A stretch of 63,846 nt of DNA, counting the filler, from Polymyxa betae A26-41 (Eukaryota; Protista; Endomyxa: Phytomyxea): NCBI GenBank assembly GCA_003693705.1. It is 6 parts of 6 records of this genome, joined end to end, with 100 filler letters (N's around TTAATTAATTAA, not from the genome) between each part and the next. Parts side by side here need not be neighbours in the genome. Positions count along the whole stretch, not along the records: positions 1 to 18,464 come from RBZT01000793.1; positions 18,565 to 44,714 come from RBZT01000483.1; 4 more parts are not named here. One strand, written 5' to 3'. Below the pieces are notes generated by a model. It was not told the origin of the DNA. It was given only the letters and a program-made list of their open reading frames with translations, and made no database searches. A program made the position numbers and the translations under genes. Shown here piece by piece: positions 11,603 to 22,197 of this stretch. How positions within the stretch are numbered: position 1 is the first letter of the stretch; the number at the start of each line of letters is the position of its first letter.

Positions 11603-12061
11603 TCATTTCCATAAAGACCACAAACACTTGGCATATTTCTTCGTGTCGATCATTCTTTGTATAGTATCCAGATTGGCAAACGTTCGATCTGTCCGGTTTC
11701 GAGATCTAAATGAAAACTGAACCCTATAACCGCTGTCATTCCATTTCATGATGTTTAATTCCTCAGTATCATCAATCCTATATGCCCTTTCTTCTAAAGT
11801 TACCCATCGTAGATTATCGACATTATTGTTTGCTTTATTTCTATCGATATGGTCTACTGCTGGGTGGTTATGAGGGTTATCGATAAAAGTCTGGGGGACT
11901 AATCTATGAACTTTCTTTGTGTATCGTATTTTTGTATAAAACCACAAACTGATAGCTATTACTATCTAGATGCGGTTTCAGTTCCTCTTTATACTATGTA
12001 GAGCTCCATTCAAAGCAATATAATAGTCGGGGAACTGGCTAAGACGATTCAAAAAAACCAT
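11603..12061 (-). pseudogene. NUMOD4-like/HNH homing-endonuclease-type gene, frameshifted
   Basis: MVFLNRLSQFPDYYIALNG..LKPHLDSNSYQFVVLYKN..KKVHRLVPQTFIDNPHNHPAVDHIDRNKANNNVDNLRWVT spread over shifted frames; HNH_3 signature. Confidence 0.8.
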
Positions 12062-12069
12062 TGTAAGAT

Positions 12070-12092
12070 GGGTTAGGGTTAGGGTTTAGGGT
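12070..12092 (+). repeat. Interstitial telomere-like repeat
   Basis: GGG-TTAGGG-TTAGGG-TTTAGGG-T. Confidence 0.7.
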
Positions 12093-13105
12093 GACTGGAG
12101 TAGGGGAATGTGTGGGAGAGATGAGCCACGCAGTCAGGGATTCGTCATTCGCTCTTTAGTGATGGAGTCGTCAAAGTCGGGAGGGTCTCTCCTGGAGAAG
12201 ATCGATGCGCTCAACCAACGCCTCGCCGATGCCGAGGATAAGCTGAAGAACGCAGAGGAGAGTGGTGATAGAGAAGCCCCAGCGTCCCGTTACCCGCTAT
12301 CCACCACATGGAACAGGCAGAACAGAATGAGCCCGAAAGCTCGCTGCGATGACTCTGGTCGCGTCCATAAATAATCGTCGCAGCAATTTGGAAAGACAGA
12401 AACCAGGTAAAATTCGCTAGTTCTAAAGCAGTTCGATTTTTGCACTTTTGTATTTTCTTACAACAAACATGAATTTTGTGCTCAGAAGATCGCAGATTCA
12501 ACAATCTGATGCCTTTTTTGTAGTTTAGGCGAGTGGATTTCGCTTGGTTCATCTCTCCTCCAGCAGCCTTTTGTTTTTTCATGATACAGCTTCTTCAGAT
12601 CATTGGTCTGATAATTGTCTGGAGCGGAGCCCGTTAATTATCAATAGATGGAACTTTATTCAAAGATGTCGTGACACAACAGTCGATCATGGAGGAGATC
12701 GTGACACGACTGGCGATTTCAGTGCAGCCCTATGAAAGATGAGTGACAGATACGTCTTGCCGACCACAAGCGTCCTCCACCTTCTGATATGACCGTTATT
12801 TATTCCCAAAACGTTAATTTAGCTAATTCACTCTAATTCCATACTGCTCAGGATTAATTACTTCTAAAAAAACTATTGTTATTCTTTGCTCCTAACAAAA
12901 CAATATATTCAAAAAATTTCGAAATTTCTGGCAAATATCTCGCATTAAACAAGATTCATCGCAAATCGACATTGTCGCGCAATTGTGAACACTGTTCTTT
13001 GCAAGATCGTTACTTGTAGAAATTCACTGGACCAATTACTGGACCAATCCATATAGGGGAATCGCTCCCCCTGACCCGCTATAACTTCACCATTTCCAAA
13101 CCTTA

Positions 13106-14120
13106 GGGCCCGTTTGGATGCCACTGAAATTCAAACCCGGTTTTCCGCAAACTAGTTTTTCCTAACGATAAAAACGATAAAATCGGTTTGCGCAAATACG
13201 GTTGTACGTAGGTTATGTCGCACCAACTCATCATGAGCTCCTCTGATGATGACGAATATGATTCTCTTCAGCGAAGAACTCCAGCTGCGGCATGCCACGT
13301 TGGAGAGTGGAATGTCCAAACTTATTGTGTCAATTAGCCATATCGAGCATCGGGGCTTCAAGGAGCCGAATGGGTGATAGAATTAATGAGTGGTAACCCA
13401 GTTAGTATATACGAGGCCCTTCGCATGAGTACATCCATCTTTAACAAGCTCAAGCGTGAGCTCGTGATATCGGGTTTGCAGTGAACATGCAAATATGATG
13501 TCGATGAAATGATCGCAAAGTTTCTCTTTATTGTGTCCCACATCTCAAAAAACAGGGATGCTCAAGAGCGTTTCCAAAGAAGCGGAGAAGCTATCGGTAG
13601 GATTGTCAATTTTTGGTTATCTAAATGGCCAATAAATTCCTGTTAGAACCTGTCAAACAGAGACTGTCGCGTGCCACTGGACGTGTGGCATGATCGTAGT
13701 TACGTTACGTTTATGTTACTAAATTAGTCATGTATTGTGTCCCCAACCACGTCATGTACTCATGGCAGTAGAATTGCTTGTACAACCCTACGCTGTTTAC
13801 GTTACCAAGCTGCCGTATTTCTACAATTCCCATATTTATCAATATTTGCAACAGGGTACTCCATCGGGTTACTGATGCGATTTGCTCACTGGCCAAAAAA
13901 ATATAAGATTGCCGAGGGAAGACGAATTATCGCCAGTGATTCGAGATTACCGGAAATTCTTCCCTTTTTAAAAAACTGCCGGATGGCCCTGGATGGGACT
14001 CACATTCCAGTGTTTGTTTCCATCCAGTCAAGCACAGCCTTATAGGAATAGAAAGGGATTCTTGAGTCAGAACGTCCTGGCTGCTTGCTCTTTTGATTTA
14101 TTGTTCACCTATGATGCGAC
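13106..14120 (+). mobile_element. PIF/Harbinger transposon relic (left TIR plus broken DDE transposase)
   Basis: TTA followed by PIF-type TIR GGGCCCGTTTGG; EALRMSTSIFNKL..FLFIVSH..QERFQRSGE; KNCRMALDGTHIPV..YRNRKGFLSQNVLAACSFDLLFTY; stops and frameshifts. Confidence 0.85.
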
Positions 14121-14377
14121 CAGGTGATGGATATAATGGTTTCGCTTCCTCCCATTCTTAACGAGCGTGACTATCATGTGTCCATCTTCATCTATGAAAG
14201 GTCTAATCGTTACACCATAATTATTTTTTATGCTTCACTATTTATTGATGTAATAAAGACCTTTATATTTTTATAATTCTTGGAATCCTAATTAATCAGC
14301 ATTTGGTTTAGTGTCCAAATGAAGTCATCTACAGCAGGATCGTCCATGGTACCGTATTGTTAGACCTTATTCATGTA

Positions 14378-15215
14378 ATGTTACCTTCCATGTCAGATTG
14401 CATCGCTCTGTGTCTCGCCTCTCTGGCGATCAATTCATGCCTGTTGGGACTGACAACGGCATAGAGTAACGAAAACGCAGCGATTGTATCGTTAAGCTCC
14501 ATTGTCGATCATGTGCGAACGTCGATCCGTCCATCTACGGTCCAGGAGCAATCTGTCACACTGTTCAAGTATTAAACACCCAACCATATATCATCCGTAT
14601 AAATTCCACGGACAAGTATCCCAGATGGTCCGGAGCTTACGCTGTCGCAGACTTTCAGCAGATCGCTCTAACATTGGAGACGGCAACGGGTGATATCATT
14701 GCCACTAGCGCAGATACCGACTGCGCGACTCTCGACCCGGATTTGCCACCAGCTGCGGAAATTCAGCTCGCTGAAGATTACTTTTAAATTTTCTGCGAGG
14801 GCTTAATCTGCTCCGTAACGTTCAACATTTAGTCTACTATGAGCCGTTATGTTCACCCGGCTGTTATCCGTACATGTTGGATGACGGCACCTGTGACGTG
14901 GAATGTAACACATCACGATGTAACATAGACGAGCGGGACTGCGTTCGTAACGCATCGTCACAGCTGAAAGTCGTTGCTGTTTTGATCCCGATTGCGTTCT
15001 GGGTCTGCTGTATCGGCTGTCTCATAGCGTGCTGTCGCAGACGATATCGACATTGGCGGGCGAAAAACCCTAACCCTAACACGCAACCGGCCGCGACATT
15101 TTCAACAGTCCAAGTTCCTCTATACAACAATGCAGCGCAACCGCCACCTTATGTTCCTGGGCAAGTATTACCGCCGCCACCACCGCTGCGACAACCTGCG
15201 CATTGGTTGGGATAG
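14378..15215 (+). pseudogene. Type I membrane protein: signal peptide, LNR (Notch) repeat, TM, Pro-rich tail with PPPY; premature TAG at 14462
   Basis: CSPGCYPYMLDDGTCDVECNTSRCNIDERDC fits the LNR pattern; TM VVAVLIPIAFWVCCIGCLIACC followed by RRRYR; AG acceptor at 14832. Linking the 14378 signal peptide to this exon is inferred. Confidence 0.65.
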
Positions 15216-16709
15216 CCGGAGCCAGTACGGAGCCGCCGCTCTGTTGCCACCGTCAACTTTCGCAATCTGGAATATATTTCAGATCATTCGCAATGCAGAA
15301 TTCCCCATGAAACAATAATGAGGAAAAATGCGGTGATGGACGATCTCCTGGGCTAGTATTCCTGTTTGGGCCTCGGGCTACTGATTGCGTGAGGTGATCC
15401 TACAACAATAAGGAATGAGCGGAATAAAACCTAGCGTGTTGTATTGATATTCGAATGAATCGAAGAACAAAGAACAGGAAAGATGGCAACAGAGTGAGAC
15501 TGGCTGCGGCTATGGTGAAAAACGGACAGCGGGACTGTACGCCTGAACGACGAACTGCCCGCAGGGCGGCCTTCGTCTGCTGCTGCTTGCTCTTTGGGGA
15601 CGAATCGTGTCGAGGAATGATGTCGCAACTAGGTGGCGAGCTCAATATCAATGGGTAGACTGTGTATCTGATTTTATGACACACCTCTATAACCGTAAGA
15701 AGGCTGTCTACAGTAGAGCAGCGAATCCGGCACCCAGACAAAAACAACAGATTTCGTAGTGCCAGATGATACATTTCTCTATAGATGTAGACCTAAGTCG
15801 TAATAGAGAGGGAATCGATAAATTCTCGTGATTGCAGTCAGATCTAGAGTTGAATTGTGATAAAAAAAGTTGAGGTGACAAATCCTGCTGCCAAATTGAA
15901 ATCCACAAGAAATGGACGGATCATACAAAGTCGACATTCAGTATATGATCGAAAAATTCAGAACAGAACTGAATATTCTGATCACAATGTCACGGAGCTG
16001 AAATTGCTGGTAGAAAGACGAACGGCATCAAAGCTGTGAACTAATGAGCAGCCAAAGGGCGATCACCAGAGCTCACACAGTGCTGTCGTCTCCATCGATA
16101 CTGGCGTTCGGCGCCCTCTCAGTCATCGCGATCGCCGATTCTGATCCCTTCCTGCTCGACATCGCCCCCTCCCTCCCTTCATCATTAACAATGAAAACAT
16201 TTCGAATGATTAGAGAGAAGGGAGCGCAGCCCTTCGTTGAAATCGGCGCAACCCTTCATTGAAGGCTCTCCCTCAGAAACGATCAGAAAATTTTCGACTT
16301 TGTTAATCCTTAAAAAAGGGTTTTTACTCTAACGAGCTTTTATGTTCGCAGATACAGTCTTGTCATAAAAGTCGGAAAATTCCAAAATCGCATCATGGTA
16401 TTAGATCGAAAAAAGTCACCCGGGATGCAACAGGGCCAAGACATTTGAAGAAGAGCTTTCACGAACGATTTCGGCCTGGACGCTTCTGGGTGCTCCGATC
16501 TAATGTTCAATGGAATCTATGCTGTAATGGGAGCTACTCTCAGTAATCGGTATTGATTAGTGGAAGGTCGTCTCTCTCATTCAGATCCAGAGCCCCATCA
16601 AGGGCTATTGTCATTGTCGATTCGCACTCTGTGACGACCCGCCTCAGATCATCTTCAACAATGACGACGTACTGGTCCTTCCCTTCCCATTGGCTACGAA
16701 CCTGCCGTC

Positions 16710-18204
16710 ATGGAGCCCCATCGGCTAGCATTGATCATAGCCACCATGGCTGTCATTGTGGCGGCGGATATTGAAAGGCGTCAATTAGCGCGGATTTCGA
16801 GCTGTTATCGGAAGAAGGGCTGTACAGGACGCCGCATGTATAAAGCTCTGCCATGCAGCAGCGATCATCTGGTCGTAATCAAGACCGTGGCGCCCGATGA
16901 TGACGACGAAGTCAACTTCCTGCAGAATTTCGCCGCCGAACCATACCGCGGCCTTCCTCGCCTATTCGACCTCGTCGAAACCAAACGGCATCTGCACGTC
17001 GTCATGCAATATTTCGATGGTAATTTGAACAAAACTTTTATAAAGTTTACCTTGTTTCTGATGACTTTTATGACTCTATTATTGAAAAATGGAAAATCAT
17101 GGTAATGTTACAACTAGAGTTTCATTCAAATTTTCCGAAATATTCAGATTCGGGTTTTGGAGATCTTTCAATAAAAAAATGGATTCAATTTGAATTGTGC
17201 GATTTCGCCTTTGATTGAGTGCGGCAATTTTGTGGCCAGGACGGTATCTGGATGAGCTGGCGATCGTGCTGGACCATTCGAAGCCATTGATCTGGCAGGA
17301 AGAGCGCATCATGCACGTCCTGTTCAAGGTCATCGCTATCGTGAACCACGTCCATGACGCCGGCTATATCTTCATGGACCTACAGCCCAGGAACAGTACG
17401 ACCCATCTCGCTCTCTCCTGACAGACCTGCTACTTACCCTGGCTACAAAGTCATGTTCGACATCAATCTTCTCAACGTCATGATCATCAACTTCGACGGA
17501 TTGAAGATGGACAGCCTCGATAGGAACTCGATCAAGAAGCTGGAAAGGTCAATATGTTGAAAAAAATGCAAACTTTTAACAAATTTTGCATGAACTTTTT
17601 TCATCTGAAAACACGCTCAAAGTTCCACAAAACTGTGACCTTGTTACGATTCAAGTTTTCACTTTAAAAAATTTGATTTCACAAACTTTTGGAAAATTTC
17701 TCATTCTTTTGTATGGTTTGCCGGACTTTTGTTTGCCCCTGAAATTTGCCATTCAGCGTGTATAAGTGGACGGAGGATTACTTATCGACCGAGGTCCTTG
17801 AACAGCACCGAGTCGGATATGCCAACGATATCTATTCGATCGGACGATGTGCTCAATTTCTGGTGCAACCGCATCAGCAGCCGCGGGATCTGCGTCGTCT
17901 TTACACATTGATCGGTTTGGCGACGCATCCGGAGCCGAAACAGCGCCCGACCGCCGCCCAGCTGCTACGGCATCCGGTGTTCACCCCGGAACGCTCCTGG
18001 TTCAGTATTCCGGATCGGGATGACCCGACATCGCTCGAATGGCTCGCACAGATCGTGGATCTCCGAGGCCGAAATCGCGCCTATTCGAAATCGTTCACAT
18101 TGCCGGAGAATGACGATCATCATAGCCGGCAACATATCCAATGGCCTATGGATTATGTGGCCGAATTTCTCGACGATTTATCCTGTGAATGTTGCGGTCT
18201 ATAA
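16710..18204 (+). CDS. Secreted protein kinase-like protein (probable pseudokinase), 4 exons
   Basis: Hydrophobic N-terminus RLALIIATMAVIVAA; VVIK; HVVMQYFDG; IFMDLQPRNIMF; IINFDG; YLSTE; NDIYSIG; PKQRPTAAQLLRHPVF. Confidence 0.85.
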
Positions 18205-18464
18205 GCGCACTTGCATGCTCTGTATAAGACACGGATTCAGATATTGAATAAAAACCAGAAAAATCGAATTTATTTCCATTGGTTTGTTGGATATATCTCT
18301 GATTTTATTGAATAAGAGGGGATATGGAGCTGCAGGAACTTGTAGAGCTGAATCAAACTGGACAATGTTTTACCTATTAGATACTCATGATAGAGTTTAC
18401 TGCAGATTGAGCAGGACATTGTCCAGTAGGTCCAGGACAGTAATTCTTTTGAAATTGATAATGA

Positions 18465-18564
18465 NNNNNNNNNNNNNNNNNNNNNNNNNNNNNNNNNNNN
18501 NNNNNNNNTTAATTAATTAANNNNNNNNNNNNNNNNNNNNNNNNNNNNNNNNNNNNNNNNNNNN
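18465..18564. other. Artificial contig linker
   Basis: N44-TTAATTAATTAA-N44, which places stops in all six frames. Confidence 0.98.
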
Positions 18565-18843
18565 CCATACATTTCTCATTTCTTCTATGTCCCATACAAA
18601 AAAAATTCGAATCACAGCTCTTGGAATTTACTTTTTTCGAAAAATTTTTTCGTAACTTTCTTCTAAACGATGAGATCTGTCGAATTACGAGATAATAATT
18701 TTGGTTGGAACCCTTTGGGAGGCCTCAATAGACCCCGACAATTCCCCATACAAATGTTGTCGGTTTAAGACTGCCCGCACTGTACAGCTCTTTTTCATTG
18801 CGCTTTGGTATTCTGTGCCAGGCTTTGGGAGCTTGAGCCAGAC

Positions 18844-20062
18844 ATGTCGGATATCTTTCAAGGCATTGCATTTTATATGACCCTTGGGCCTGAGAAGGCC
18901 AGGATCACGCGCCTCGTCACCGTAATCATTGCACTTATCGATTGTCTCCCAACGGTGAGATTTATGCCCAGGAACATGGCGGGACTATGGCCCAACATCC
19001 CAGTAGCAACACTATTCTTTTACTCGATCTGGATCGGATACCGACGATTCCTAATTCTCAATGGCCGATGTTCAACACGAAACTTGTTGATCAATCCGTA
19101 GCTCAGCAGCGTTTTTTGGTAATTCGATGCTGGGGACAATCGGTTCGCATTTATTGCTTGGAAATAGAATCCCAAAGATTTCGAAATCAAGCCACCCCGA
19201 TTAACTTACAGCTCAACGGATCGAGCCGCCCAGAGAACGCCTTATGCTCCCGAGGAAGATCTGATCTTGATGAAATACTTCAACGAAAATAACGGCAAGA
19301 ATTCCATCAATTTCTTTGATAAAATGCAGAAAAATGGAGTCAGCATTGGGATGGTTGGCACCGACGTCGATCCTTACCAGTTTTATTACAGATTCTGCAG
19401 CGTACCGGCGAGTCGCTAAAGAATCGCTACAAGTTTTTAAAAGTACAGTCTGATGAATACTTCACTGAGCTTGAAAAGGTCATCGTCTGCATGTGTACAA
19501 AATTCTCGTTCTTTTAACAACATGTTCAGAAAGTATCTACAGTGAAGCTGAATGCCATTAAGCGGATGCCGAAAGCTGTTCAAGATATGATCGTTGATGA
19601 ATCTAATGAGGTGAGCTGCCAGTCTGATTCTCTCTTCTCGCTCATGTTGCCTCAGGATGCTGCTCCTGTTGATGTTGATAACCCTGCCATAGCAACAAAG
19701 GTTATCAATACCTTACAGCAAAAAACTGGTCTTCCTATTGAGGTTATCGTCCATGCGCTTCTAATTTGTTCGGTAAAAAGGCCACATTGAGATCAAAGCG
19801 CTATCTGAACTTTTTTTAGGGAAATGTGATGAAAGCGGAGACGAACTTGGTGAAGCACGTAGCTCCGGGGGCATGGACAGTTGGTGAAGATGACATCATC
19901 CTGAACGACGTTAAGGAGGGCGACGCCGGCGAAATGGAAGATGAAGGAAACGACGACGAACTGAAGAAGGAGATCCTGGAAGAACTACAAAGATACAGGT
20001 CGCAAGAAGAAATAGATAGTCGTGGAAAATTCTTGAAAAGTGTCCCGAATCTGCTTCTCTAA
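18844..20062 (+). CDS. RAP1: Telomere protein Rap1/TERF2IP homolog (BRCT-Myb-RCT), multi-exon
   Basis: BRCT MSDIFQGIAFYM..ITRLVT|EHGGTM; Myb RTPYAPEEDLILMKYF..RTGESLKNRYKFL; RCT VIVHALLICS|GNV..GAWTVGEDDIIL..EEIDSRGKFL. Confidence 0.8.
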
Positions 20063-20203
20063 ATTACTTTTCAAAGTTGAAGCAGAAGCTGCTAACCATT
20101 CGGTCTAGCGTGAACCCGTTTATCACCGTTTTACAATCTAAATGGATTCTGTATAAATTTAATCACAGTAATGATAACAATAATAATACGAAATCATTTG
20201 ACA

Positions 20204-21412
20204 TCAATCGGAAATTGTCTGTGCTTCAGCAATCCTAGATCGGATTTCATTGATCAGGAACGGCAGACCTTCATCTCTATTACAGCGACACCACTCGACA
20301 ATGTCTTCAACAACGACGCCATTCGCCGGGGTTAATTCCGCGCCCAGGACCGATCCATCTTCACGGTCCAACTGGATCGATAACTGGACGCCCTCAGGTT
20401 TCAATTCCAGCACGAGCTTTTCAGATTCTGCAGAAACGAGCCGGCAATTGCCCAGAAACTGTACGATCTGAGCGAATTTCGACACGAGCTCAACTCTGGG
20501 AGCCAAACCATCCAAGAGCATGGTCGGATCATTGACACCAATCTTCTTAAGTTCGTTGCTGAGCGGTTCACTCTTCCATTGTAGCTGTTCAATGCTTTCT
20601 TTCAGTTGCTGGATCTGATCATTCAGTTCTTTGACGACATTGGCCTGAGCGTCCAAAATCGCTTCACAAGCCGATTCAGTGTCGGCAGTCAGCAATTTGG
20701 CATCGACGCGACCGAAACGGTCTAGGTTGGCTTCGGCTGCTCGTTCAGCCGACGTTTTCGCGCGAGCTTCAGCGACTTCAATTGCAGATTGATGGCGTAA
20801 TGTTAGGGAATGCCATTGTCGGGCGACATGTTCGGCTAATGTACTAATATTGGCCTCCAACTGTGAGACTTCCTGCTTTGCAGCCTGAATTGAAAGCAAT
20901 CAGAGCAGCACAGGATGTGCTCTGAGTTCAAGGGTGACCTTAAGCTTCGAGCGCGCTTCGCTAGATTGCATGTCGAGACCTTCGATGAGCTCATCATCGA
21001 CTTCCACGCTGTCTTTACACAAAGCCGAGAGAAACGCTGAATTGAGTCAGTTCAAAACCAAAAAAAAAAAATTCAAGAGCATTGCTGTGAACCTTGTTTA
21101 GCTTCGAGCTCGGAAACATTGAATCTGAGCAGAAGGCGGATTAGCTCTTCGTTTTCAAGATAAATCGAAAACTCACTTGAGTTTAGCGAATGTCTCTTGG
21201 GCCTCAACTAGCTGATTTTGCAGAGAAGAGTGATCGGGAACCAAGCCCAGCATCGACGGAAAATTCAGCCGATCGGAAATCAACGCCAGGCTGGGTATCA
21301 CACCATTATTCCTATCGCTGTGTCAGGCGACTAACAGATCGCTGCTCATCAATGCCTTGCTGTCTTACATATTTGGTTGCCGGCCAGATGCCGGTGACGC
21401 TGATCGATCCAT
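20204..21412 (-). CDS. Kinetochore Sos7/Kre28/Zwint-1-like protein, multi-exon
   Basis: Spliced QETFAKLKFNVSELEAKQAFLSAL..ARSKLKAAKQEV resembles the Sos7 motif (ELFSKLRFSY.E..TKEKF..A); coiled coil and RWD-like C-terminus. Start uncertain. Confidence 0.65.
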
Positions 21413-22197
21413 GAAGATTCGCAGATCGGCAGCAGCGCAGCGAGGCGGCCGAAACACGACCGATGGTGACGATGGCGGTCCAAATGGCCAACTAGGCCAG
21501 GCTGCAGTCAGACAGGGCCGCGCCATTATGTACTTAAGTAATCAGGAGACCCCGACCCGATCAGTAGATTTCAAGGCAGCCCAGAGTATGTGAGAGTGAC
21601 CCCCCTAACAAAGATGATAAACTCAATTGGGTGCGTTGCGACCCTCGAGCACGCAGTAACGACTTGGCTGTAGTTCGAATTTCGCAACAATCCCGCCAAC
21701 TTTGCGTGTCAGCAGAACTAGCGCAGATGAAAACCAGCTGATTTTGAATTGAGGGGATAGTGGACCGGTCAGTTCCGGGCTGAAGCTGATTTTCTGGCTG
21801 TGTGACATTACGAGGAGGCTTTCCCGCTAATGGGACGAGTTTAGAAATTGGGCATTTGTAAAAGGAAATGCATTGAATTAGCTGACAGAGGTCAATGGTA
21901 TCCGCTCGGATTCGTAGAGCTACGCTGGTAGCGACTGCACGAAGAGCTTGCGATATGGTATGCGCTGGTTGTTTCTTATCTGGACCGTTGCTGCTTTTGC
22001 CAAATATCGGCGGCATTGTAACACAATGTCATAAACGTTTTTTTTTATTTTGAGGTTGATGCCACCGAAGCCGCACATCTTTCGTGCAGCAAAAGTACAA
22101 ATGAAAATTCCAAAACTGCGTTATGATTCCGAATTTATGTATTATGTATAGCAGTATAGGTATGGTAGTTATTCGAAGCAATTAGAAATCGCTCGCC

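Noticed and set aside
12860-13102. Second Harbinger transposase C-terminal fragment on the minus strand (RFPYMDW..EISKFF)
   Set aside because: Too short and broken to support without a profile search.
18465-18564. TTAATTAATTAA palindrome repeated five times within N runs
   Set aside because: Identical 100-bp synthetic linker with stops in all frames. ORFs ending in X..LIN and gene adjacencies across it are artefacts.
21561-22016. 151-aa ORF between the Sos7-like and AIF-like genes
   Set aside because: No recognisable motif and no consistent spliced model on either strand.
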